Positions 1 through 6,666 of a stretch of DNA of 24,000 nt are shown one piece after another. The stretch is from an uncultured Actinomycetes bacterium (lineage in GTDB: Bacteria > Actinomycetota > Actinomycetes > Streptosporangiales > Streptosporangiaceae). Below the pieces are notes generated by a model. The model did no database searches. It was not told the origin of the DNA and saw only the letters and a list, made by a program, of their open reading frames with translations. The first letter of the stretch is position 1. Every line of letters begins with the position of its first letter. A program made the position numbers and the translations under genes. The DNA lies in NCBI GenBank assembly GCA_963805255.1, contig CAWDTK010000011.1, positions 281,591 to 305,590 on the forward strand. The letters run 5' to 3'.

Positions 1-982
1 GGTAGTCGACGCCCATGTGGCTGGCGTCGAAGAGCTCGAAGTGGATCACGTCTTCGGATACCCCGATGTCGCGGAGGGTGGCGTAGAACGCTTCGGCGCC
101 CAGGTCGAGGAACCATTCGTCCCGGGTGCCGGCGTCGATCCAGATGGCGCGCAGCGACGGGAGCACGTCCGCATACCGGGGGGCCATCCGGACCGGATCC
201 CAGTCGAGCCAGCGCTGCCAGACGTCGGGCCGGATCTCCGCGGTCGCTGGGTCGAACGGCAAATCTACCGAGCCGTCCTTGTTGGCGGAAAAGCACGCCG
301 ACACCCCGAGCAGCATCAGCAGTTCGTGGTCCTCGGGCTTGGTGAACGGGACCCGCGACCGGAAATCATCCCACCAGCGCCAGATGCCGCCGTCGTAGCC
401 GCGCAGGTGCCGGGCCGACTTCGCGAACTCCGGGATGTAGGAGTACTCGTACAGCGAATCACCCGAGTGCGTAGCCAGCGCGCCGAACAGATCCGGCCGC
501 AGCATCGGGGTGATCATCGCGCCGAACCCTCCGCTGGATTTCCCCATGATCGCGCGGTGAGCCGGGGCCGCCTTGGTGCGGTAGTGCTCGTCCACCCAGG
601 GCACCACCTCGTCGCACAGGTAGGAGTGATACCGCCCGGTGCCGGGTGAGTCCACGAACTGGCTGCCGCCGTAGGAGGTCCATGCGTCGACAAACACGAC
701 GATCGCGGGCGGCGCGTCACCGCGCGCGAACACCGCGTCGGCCGCCTCCGGGAAGGGCTGCCGGTAGGGTGACCGGTTGCGCCACATGGCCACGTGGCCG
801 GTGTAGCCCTGGATGACGTAGACCGATGGGTACCGGCGGCCGGCGTCCTCCTCGTATCCCGGCGGCACGTAGACGAGCAACGGCCGCTCAGGCGGGTCCC
901 CCAGCGGGTTGCCCCGCAGTAGTTCGCTGATGATCACGTGCTCATCGATGCGTCCAGCCAGATCAGCGGACCAGGGCAGCAT
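1..982 (-). CDS. Esterase-family alpha/beta hydrolase (putative-esterase / esterase D-like), partial: 3' end lies beyond the left edge
   Basis: Absent from the ORF track because no stop codon lies in the window. Reverse-strand translation from the ATG at 982-980 gives MLPWSADLAGRIDEHVIISELLRGNPLGDPPERPLLVYVPPGYEEDAGRRYPSVYVIQGYTGH... The nucleophile elbow AIMGKSSGGFGAMIT (G-x-S-x-G) is encoded near 510-555. Third codon positions are almost all G/C in this frame. The listed + ORF 17..649 is its antisense shadow. Confidence 0.8.
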   Translation of the reverse strand, partial: MLPWSADLAGRIDEHVIISELLRGNPLGDPPERPLLVYVPPGYEEDAGRRYPSVYVIQGYTGHVAMWRNRSPYRQPFPEAADAVFARGDAPPAIVVFVDAWTSYGGSQFVDSPGTGRYHSYLCDEVVPWVDEHYRTKAAPAHRAIMGKSSGGFGAMITPMLRPDLFGALATHSGDSLYEYSYIPEFAKSARHLRGYDGGIWRWWDDFRSRVPFTKPEDHELLMLLGVSACFSANKDGSVDLPFDPATAEIRPDVWQRWLDWDPVRMAPRYADVLPSLRAIWIDAGTRDEWFLDLGAEAFYATLRDIGVSEDVIHFELFDASHMGVDY

Positions 983-1171
983 TTCCGGGTTCCTTCCAGG
1001 TGGCGGCTCGGCAGCAGGGGCGCATCCGGCGAGCCGATGGCCGGGGACAGTAAGCCGAACGGGCTTCGCCGCTGTGCATGTTCTTCCTATCCGACATCCG
1101 CAACCTGAGTATGGACAGTCCCCCACCAAATACTTAGTGTAATTTTTGAAACACTTATAGTGACCTGCTGA

Positions 1172-1978
1172 ATGCGCCGGCCCTCTGTTGCGGCGCGCAG
1201 CCGCGACGGACGGAGGCAGCCCTTGCTGGGTCCAGAGACATGGATCATCCTCGTGGCCGGACTGGTCAGCGCGGGCATCGCGGTGGCCATCGCGGTGCTC
1301 ATCAGGCACCGCGACTTCGAGCCCGAGGACGTCACCATCGGTTTTCTCGGGCCCTCGCTGGCCGCGCTGTACCTGCTCGTGCTCGCGCTGTCGCTGGCCA
1401 CCGAGTGGCAGACGATCAGCTCCGCTCAGCAGGCGGTCAGCAACGAGGCGGTCGCCGTCCGGCAGCTCTACTGGTCGGCCAGCGGGCTGCCTCCGGCGGC
1501 CGCAACCAGCCTGCGCGCGCAGGTCCGTGGCTACGTAACGACGGCCGTCAACCACGACTGGCCGCAGATGGAGCACGGCACGCTGGACGACCAGACCGAG
1601 CAGAAGCTGGCCGGGATGACCAGCTACGTGCTCCGGATCAATCCGGCGAATTCCGGCGCCGTGACCGCCCAGCAATACGCGCTGAGCCAGCTCAGCGTCA
1701 TGACCACGGCGCGCGCGCAGCGCGAGTCGACCGCGGAGTCGCAGTTGCCGAACGGCCTGATGGCCGCCGTCATCGCGACGTCGGTCGTGGTCAGCATGTT
1801 CCCGTTCGCCGGGGGAATCCGGTCGGCACCGGCGTCCATCGCGCTGGCGGCTCTCCAGGCCGCGATGGTAACCGTCGGCATCGTCGTCGTCTTCCAGCTC
1901 AATCACGCCTTTTCCGGGCCGCTCGCGGCGGGCTCGGGGCCGCTCTCCGCGGTGGCACAGCAGATCAGCGCGCGGTGA
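1172..1978 (+). CDS. DUF4239-like integral membrane protein
   Basis: 268-aa ORF with hydrophobic helices at both ends (WIILVAGLVSAGIAVAIAVLI, LAALYLLVLALSLA, LMAAVIATSVVVSMF, LQAAMVTVGIVVVF). The central segment EWQTISSAQQAVSNEAVAVRQLYWSASGLPPAAATSLRAQVRGYVTTAVNHDWPQM is typical of the DUF4239 family as I remember it. It is preceded by an AT-rich intergenic region (about 1100-1170). Confidence 0.75.
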   Translation: MRRPSVAARSRDGRRQPLLGPETWIILVAGLVSAGIAVAIAVLIRHRDFEPEDVTIGFLGPSLAALYLLVLALSLATEWQTISSAQQAVSNEAVAVRQLYWSASGLPPAAATSLRAQVRGYVTTAVNHDWPQMEHGTLDDQTEQKLAGMTSYVLRINPANSGAVTAQQYALSQLSVMTTARAQRESTAESQLPNGLMAAVIATSVVVSMFPFAGGIRSAPASIALAALQAAMVTVGIVVVFQLNHAFSGPLAAGSGPLSAVAQQISAR

Positions 1979-2700
1979 GGGCGCTCCGCACCGGGCTGGG
2001 ACCCGTCATCCGGGTGAGCGAGATCGCGACGGCTCTCCGCACCGGGCTGGGACCCGTCATCCGGGTGAGCGAGATCGCGACGGCTCTCCGCACCGGGCTG
2101 GGACCCGTCATCCGGGTGACCGAGATCGCGACGGCGCTCCGCACCGGGCTGGGACCCGTCATCCGGCTCAACATGGCGGTGCCCGCCATCGCCGCGCCGC
2201 TGGCGCTCGCCGCGGCTCCGCCACCGCACACCGGCGGCCTGCCGTACCCGTGGGGAGCGGGAGCGGCAGCGGCCGGCCCGCAGCCGACGCCTTTCCGGTC
2301 GTTTTTCTGGTCTCCGCAGCCGTCAGCGGCCGCCCGGCCCACGCCGGTCCCGCCCCCGCCAGCCGCCGGCCCGCCGCCGCATCCCCGGCCGTCACGGCCG
2401 CCGCGGCCGGCTGTCGTGAGCGCGGTGCCGCCCGCGCCGCTGACCCCGCCGCCGGCCGTCACGCCGCCGGCCGTCACACCGCCGGCCGTCACGCCGCCCA
2501 CCGTCACACCGCCGAAGCTGCGCCAGCCGCCGGCCCCGCTGACGCGTCCGGCGGCGGTGATCTACCGGGGCCGGGCCGCCCGGCTGCTCGCCCCGGCACC
2601 CCACCAGCCGCCGCCGTCCATCCCTCTGATCGTGCTCATCGCTACCGTCCTTACGCCGTGCGTCGCCGCCGCGGTCACCCGCTTCGCCAGGGGCCGTTAG
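1975..2700 (+). CDS. Hypothetical repeat- and proline-rich protein with a C-terminal membrane anchor (4 x 17-aa repeat, PPAVT x4, terminal TM helix)
   Basis: GTG at 1975 overlaps the TGA (1976-1978) of the upstream gene (GTGA coupling) and opens the frame of track ORF 1240..2700. It reads VRALRTGLGPVIRVSEIAT x ~4, then MAVPAIAAPLALAAA, a long Pro-rich tract, and IPLIVLIATVLTPCVAAAVTRFARGR*. G/C occupies about 18 of 20 third positions within a repeat unit, and the 51-bp unit is a multiple of 3. The start is uncertain; an alternative ATG lies at 2173. Confidence 0.5.
   Translation: MRALRTGLGPVIRVSEIATALRTGLGPVIRVSEIATALRTGLGPVIRVTEIATALRTGLGPVIRLNMAVPAIAAPLALAAAPPPHTGGLPYPWGAGAAAAGPQPTPFRSFFWSPQPSAAARPTPVPPPPAAGPPPHPRPSRPPRPAVVSAVPPAPLTPPPAVTPPAVTPPAVTPPTVTPPKLRQPPAPLTRPAAVIYRGRAARLLAPAPHQPPPSIPLIVLIATVLTPCVAAAVTRFARGR
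1984..2166. repeat. 51-bp tandem repeat, about 3.6 copies (ctccgcaccgggctgggacccgtcatccgggtgagcgagatcgcgacggct)
   Basis: Copies at 1984-2034 and 2035-2085 are identical. Copy 2086-2136 has 2 substitutions, and a 30-bp partial copy ends at 2166. Each unit contains a small hairpin (acccg-tcatc-cgggt). Confidence 0.95.
2449..2508. repeat. 15-bp tandem repeat x4 (ccgccggccgtcacg) encoding PPAVT
   Basis: Four adjacent units at 2449-2463, 2464-2478, 2479-2493 and 2494-2508. The last is diverged (PPTVT). The array is in frame with the 1975..2700 ORF. Confidence 0.85.
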
Positions 2701-2993
2701 GCCGGGCTCACCGGAGAGGCGTCAGGTGAGCCTGAACCACCGCGGTGATCTCGCCGGGGCCTCGTAGCTGGCCAGGTGGGCGGCGCCGCGGACGACCATG
2801 AACCGGGCTGCGGGATCGCGCGGGCGATCTGCGCACCGTGGCCGCGCATCTCGAACCTGAGCAGGCGGAAATGCTCCCGCAGCGCCGGGGCCTGCCTGTC
2901 CCACAGGCCCTGGCTGGTTCCGAACGACGTCCCGAGGGCCACGACCGGCGCGCCCTCCGGCCCCTCCAGCGTGGCCCGCAGGACCTCAGACAT
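2697..2993 (-). pseudogene. pcaD: 3-oxoadipate enol-lactonase (pcaD-type alpha/beta hydrolase) remnant with an internal deletion and frameshifts
   Basis: From the ATG at 2993 the frame reads MSEVLRATLEGPEGAPVVALGTSFGTSQGLWDRQAPALREHFRLLRFEMRGHG, an enol-lactonase-type N-terminus. The G-x-S-x-G catalytic core is missing. C-terminal-type residues RFMVVRGAAHLASYEAP (frame of ORF 2722..2904) and GEITAVVQAHL (third frame) follow directly. The ATG overlaps the TGA of the upstream remnant (gATGtcTGA). Confidence 0.65.
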
Positions 2994-3216
2994 CGAAGAA
3001 AACCGTCTCGTTGTCACCTTGCAGGCGGATGTCAAATCTCAGCGTTGCTCCGGGCTCCGGCACGGCAGCACCAGCGGCTGCTTCGGATCGAAGGGCAGTC
3101 GAGCGGTAACCGGCGTAGTCCAGCGGCGGGTGGACACCGCAAGGCCGGCCGTAGGACGGGAGGACCAGGCGGGACGGGGCAGCCGCGGCGGCGGTCACCG
3201 GCACGTCAGCGGTCAT
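2986..3216 (-). pseudogene. pcaH/pcaG: In-frame fusion remnant of the protocatechuate 3,4-dioxygenase beta subunit N-terminus (pcaH) and alpha subunit C-terminus (pcaG)
   Basis: 76-aa ORF. VHPPLDYAGYRSTALR resembles the conserved HP..DY.PYRSS.LR segment near the PcaH N-terminus. The last residues LRFDIRLQGDNETVFFDV resemble the PcaG C-terminus (..RFDI.LQGE.ETVFFD.). Everything between, about 400 codons in intact pcaHG, is absent. A strong SD (aggagg, 4 nt before the ATG at 3216) is retained. Confidence 0.65.
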
Positions 3217-3224
3217 ACGACCTC

Positions 3225-3989
3225 CTATTCCTTCGCTTTCGCGGTCAAGCCGCGCAGTGCGGCCAGCTCGGCCGGCGAGGGCGGGTCCACCGTGTGCAAC
3301 TGCGGCGCGGCGGCCAGGTCCCAGCCGGTTCTGCTCCGCGCGTCCTGGACTGTTACATCGGGGTACAGCCCGGTCAGCACGAATTCCTGCGTCGCCGGGT
3401 CCGGTTCAAGCACGCCGAGGTCGGTGATGATCTTGACGGGGCCGGCGCCGGTGAGGCCGAGGCGCTCGCGTGTTCCCGGGCCGGACCCGTACCCCACCGA
3501 CGTCACGAAGGCCACCCGCGCCACGAACGAGCGGAGCGTCTGCCGTACGACGACAATGACCTCACGGCAGGACGCGGCGATTTCGGGGGCGCCGCCGGAT
3601 CCGGGCAGCCGTGTCTTCGGGGCCGCGTAGTCCCCGCCGATGACCGTGGTGTTGATGTTGCCGAACTTGTCGATCTGGGCGGCACTGAGGAACCCGACGT
3701 CAATGCGGCCGGGCTGGAGCCAGTAGTTGAAGATTTCCGGGACGCTGACCACGGCGTCCGCGGTCTCGGCCAGGATGCCGTCGCCGATGGACAGCGGCAG
3801 CCGGCTTGGCTTGGCCCCGATCGTGCCCGACTCATAGATAAGGACAAGCCCGGGAGCGTGCGTGGCGCGGGCCAGGTTCGCCGCCGCGCTGGGCAGCCCG
3901 ATCCCGACGAAGCAGGTGACGTTGTCCCGCAGTGCCCGCGCGGCCGAGACCGTCATCATCTCGTCGGAACTGTAGTCCGGCATAGGCAC
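3225..3989 (-). CDS. pcaJ: 3-oxoadipate CoA-transferase subunit B (glutaconate-CoA-transferase-like family)
   Basis: 254-aa ORF: DEMMTVSAARALRDNVTCFVGIGLPSAAANLARATHAPGLVLIYESGTIGAKP...VVSVPEIFNYWLQPGRIDVGFLSAAQIDKFGNINTTVIG, the CoA-transferase B-subunit pattern known from actinomycete pcaJ. The GTG at 3989 abuts the pcaI stop (3990-3992). An alternative ATG lies at 3983. Confidence 0.85.
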   Translation of the reverse strand: MPMPDYSSDEMMTVSAARALRDNVTCFVGIGLPSAAANLARATHAPGLVLIYESGTIGAKPSRLPLSIGDGILAETADAVVSVPEIFNYWLQPGRIDVGFLSAAQIDKFGNINTTVIGGDYAAPKTRLPGSGGAPEIAASCREVIVVVRQTLRSFVARVAFVTSVGYGSGPGTRERLGLTGAGPVKIITDLGVLEPDPATQEFVLTGLYPDVTVQDARSRTGWDLAAAPQLHTVDPPSPAELAALRGLTAKAKE

Positions 3990-4973
3990 CTACTTTCCCT
4001 TTGCTGTGCCGGGCGCCGCTGTGCCGGGCGCCGCTGTGCCGGGCGCCGCTGTGCCGGGCGCCGCTGTGCCGGGCGCCGCTGTGCCGGGCGCCGCTGTGCC
4101 GGGCGCCGCTGTGCCGGGCGCCGCTGTGTCCGCCGGCCCGAAGATCTCGGTGTCCAGCCACCGCCCGAACGCATCCCGGTCGCGGGCGATCAGGTCCCAG
4201 GCCAGGTAGTAGTCGTTGTCGCGGTCGTAGTAGCCGAGGGCGTAGGACGGCCGGGAGCCGCCGGGGACCGCGGCCACGTAACTGACCGTCCACGACGGCA
4301 ATACCACGCCGCCGGGGCGCGGGTCGAGATGCGGCACGACCTCCTCCACCGTGACGATCGACCGGTGCGCGGCCAGTACCGCCTCCTTCTGCACCCCGGT
4401 GATGCCCCAGAATTGGACGTTCCCGCTGGTGTCGGCGCGCTGGGCGTGGATGATGGCCACGTCCGGGTTGACCGCGGACACGGCGGTGAGGATCTCGCCG
4501 GTGAACGGGCACGTGACGGGGCGGACGCTGGCCCCGTCCATTCCGCCGGAACCGTCCGTTACGTCGCCGGCACTTTCCATGAGACCGGTCCCGCTGTAGC
4601 CGCGCAGCACGCCGAACGGCAGCCCGGAGGCGCCCGCCACGTAGCGGTTCGCCATCCCCGCGTGGCTGTGTTCCTCCAGTACCAGCGGGGCCGGCCAGGA
4701 ATGCTCCACGGCGTCCCGGAACCGGTGCAGCGACCCGACGCCGGGGTTGCCGCCCCAGGAAAACACCAGCTTGCGTGCGCAGCCCGCCCCGATGAGCTGG
4801 TCGTAGATGAGATCGGGGGTCATCCGGATGAGGGTGAGGTCGCGCCGGCCCTGCCGGATCACCTCGTGCCCGGCGGCGAACGGGATCAGGTGGGTGAAGC
4901 CCTCCATAGCCACGGTGTCGCCGTCCCGCACGGCCAGCGCGACCGCCTCGGCCAGTGACACGATCTCGGCCAT
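3990..4973 (-). CDS. pcaI: 3-oxoadipate CoA-transferase subunit A, with a C-terminal (TAAPG)x8 repeat tail
   Basis: From the ATG at 4973: MAEIVSLAEAVALAVRDGDTVAMEGFTHLIPFAAGHEVIRQGRRDLTLIRMTPDLIYDQLIGAGCARKLVFSWGGNPGVGSLHRFRDAVEH...HAQRADTSGNVQFWGITGVQKEAV. This is the actinomycete PcaI / glutaconate CoA-transferase A pattern. The track ORF 3990..5264 extends further 5', but that part belongs to a pcaC remnant and non-coding DNA. Confidence 0.85.
   Translation of the reverse strand: MAEIVSLAEAVALAVRDGDTVAMEGFTHLIPFAAGHEVIRQGRRDLTLIRMTPDLIYDQLIGAGCARKLVFSWGGNPGVGSLHRFRDAVEHSWPAPLVLEEHSHAGMANRYVAGASGLPFGVLRGYSGTGLMESAGDVTDGSGGMDGASVRPVTCPFTGEILTAVSAVNPDVAIIHAQRADTSGNVQFWGITGVQKEAVLAAHRSIVTVEEVVPHLDPRPGGVVLPSWTVSYVAAVPGGSRPSYALGYYDRDNDYYLAWDLIARDRDAFGRWLDTEIFGPADTAAPGTAAPGTAAPGTAAPGTAAPGTAAPGTAAPGTAAPGTAKGK
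4003..4137. repeat. 15-bp tandem repeat (gctgtgccgggcgcc): 8 perfect copies plus 1 degenerate copy
   Basis: Perfect copies run back to back from 4003 to 4122, and the degenerate unit is at 4123-4137. The array is in frame on the minus strand, giving TAAPG x8 at the extreme C-terminus of pcaI. Confidence 0.95.
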
Positions 4974-5044
4974 ATCGCCCCCCGTTGGCGTCCACTGGGT
5001 GCACACTCGTTCGACATCCGTACAATAGCGGCCGTTTGCGGCGT

Positions 5045-5201
5045 CTATGTCAGGAGGGTCACCCGGAGGTCGTAGCGGGTGATGAAGTCCTGGAACGGCT
5101 CGGTGAAACGCAGTGGTGCTCGCGACGGCCCGGTCGACGTGCTCATCGCCGAGAACCTCGCGCCGGACGGACATGCCCTGCCGGGCCCGTTCGGCATCCA
5201 T
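5045..5201 (-). pseudogene. pcaC: 4-carboxymuconolactone decarboxylase (pcaC) N-terminal remnant, frameshifted and truncated
   Basis: From the ATG at 5201: MDAERARQGMSVRREVLGDEHVDRAVASTTAF matches the PcaC N-terminus pattern (..G..VRR.VLGD.HVDR....T.F). The expected continuation TEPFQDFITRY appears only after a 1-nt frame change and then stops (TAG at 5047-5045). About 80 further codons of a normal PcaC are missing. Confidence 0.55.
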
Positions 5202-5209
5202 GGTGGTCA

Positions 5210-6582
5210 GGCCATTCCTTTCGGTGCGCGGCGAGGGCGGCGTCGACGAACTCCCCGGCCGCACCCAGGTCAGCCGGCCGGATCGAGGGCCGATTCGATC
5301 TGCTCGGCCGTGATCCCCGCCGCCTCCAGCCGTTCCGCCGACTGCGGCAGGCCGAGCAGGACGTCACGGAGCGGAAGGCCGGCCGACACCGCGCGTGCCC
5401 CCGCCTCGGCGACGAGATCGTGCGCGGCCGCCCGGCCCAGCGTGTCCGCCAGCAGCGACGTCACGTGCTCGGCGAGCGGCAGCCCGTTGGCCACGGCCAG
5501 GTTGGCGCTCATCCGCGCCGAGTCCACGGTCAGGCCGGCGAGCATCTCGGCCGCCCAGGACGCGGCCGAGCCGGTCAGGCTGAGCAGGTCCGCCAGCGTT
5601 TCCCATTCGGCGTGCCAGGCGCCCGCGGCCCGCTGGTGCTCCTGCTCGGCCACGGTCACCATGGTCGCGAGCAGGCCCGGAACCCGCTTGGTACAGCCGA
5701 GTATGGCGATGGCGGCGACCGGGTTCTGCTTCTGCGGCATGGCCGAGGAGCCAGGCGCGCTTCGGCGAGCTGGGGCCCTCATGGACTTCTGCTACTTCCG
5801 ACTGCGACAGCAGGGTGACATCGCGCGCGATCTTGCCCAGCACGGCGGCTGCGCCAGCCAGCGCCCCGGCCAGCTCCACCATCCGCAGCCTGCTCGTGTG
5901 CCATGGCAGCACCGGCCGCGCCAGCCCCAGCTCGTCGGCCAGCAGCGCCGCCACCCGCGGTCCCGCGTCATCCAGGGCGGCCAGGGTGCCCGCCGCGCCG
6001 CCGAACTGCACGGCGAGCCGGTCCGCGCGGACCCGCGCGAGCCCGGCCCGCGCGTCGTCCAGAGCGGCCAGCCAGCCCGCCGCGACCAGGCCGAACGTCA
6101 CGGGGACGGCCTGCTGGAGGAGTGTTCGGCCGATCATGATCGTGGATCGGTGCGTTACCGCGAGCCCGGCGGCGGCCTGGGCGGCGGTGGCGAGATCGGC
6201 GCCGATGACGCCGAGCGCCTCGCGCGCCAGCAGCATGGCGGCGGTGTCCACGATGTCCTGGCTGGTCGCGCCGCGGTGTACGGCGCCCGCCGCGGTGCGG
6301 GGTACCTGTTTCATGAGGGCACGGCTCAGCGCGGGGACGGGGTTGTCGGCCAGCGCGGCCAGCGCGGCCAGTTCGGCCAGGTCGAAGTTCTCCGGGATGG
6401 CCGCCTTGGTCACCGCGGCGCCGGCCCCCGCGGGCGCGAGCCCGGCCCGCTCCAGCGCGCGGGCGAGCGCAGCCTCCACCTCCAGCATGGCCCGCAGCCA
6501 CGCGTGGTCCCCGGCGTCGACGCCGCCGCGGCGGAACACGCCGCCAAACATCACCCCGCGGCTCGCGTCCTGCTCAGACATG
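5210..6582 (-). pseudogene. pcaB: 3-carboxy-cis,cis-muconate cycloisomerase (fumarate-lyase superfamily) with at least two frame disruptions
   Basis: The ATG at 6582 is preceded by gaaaggag. The N-terminal about 270 codons (MSEQDAS...HAWLRAMLEVEAALARAL...HRGATSQDIVDTA...LLSQSEVAEVHEGP) are in the frame of ORF 5364..7115. The signature GSSAMPQKQNPV and the following about 150 codons are in the frame of ORF 5270..5782, so the frame switches within about 5745-5790. A TGA at 5272-5270 cuts ...ALDPAG*, while the conserved tail (Y)LGAAGEFVDAALAAHR continues in a third frame (ORF 5143..5367). Confidence 0.75.
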
Positions 6583-6666
6583 GTTTCGACCACTCCTTTC
6601 CACCGGGTCACGGGTCCCTCGCGGCACGTCTCGCTCGCGGACCACGATAGACGTAGGGTCGAGACC

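Noticed and set aside
1136-1155. Inverted repeat AGTGT-N10-ACACT in the AT-rich region between the esterase and the DUF4239 gene
   Set aside because: The arms are only 5 bp, which could easily arise by chance in an AT-rich promoter region. It is noted but not called as an operator.
1240-2700. Single 486-aa ORF running from inside the DUF4239 gene to 2700
   Set aside because: Its first about 245 codons overlap the DUF4239-like gene in another frame and read as Arg/Gly-rich nonsense. Only the part from the GTG at 1975 (or the ATG at 2173) onward is credible.
2838-4958. 706-aa + strand ORF (plus 3832..5025 - and other long ORFs) spanning the pcaIJ region
   Set aside because: The translation is Arg/Gly/Pro-rich low-complexity sequence with no recognisable motif. 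It is the out-of-frame or antisense shadow of pcaJ/pcaI, which have clear family patterns, and long open shadow frames are expected at this G+C.
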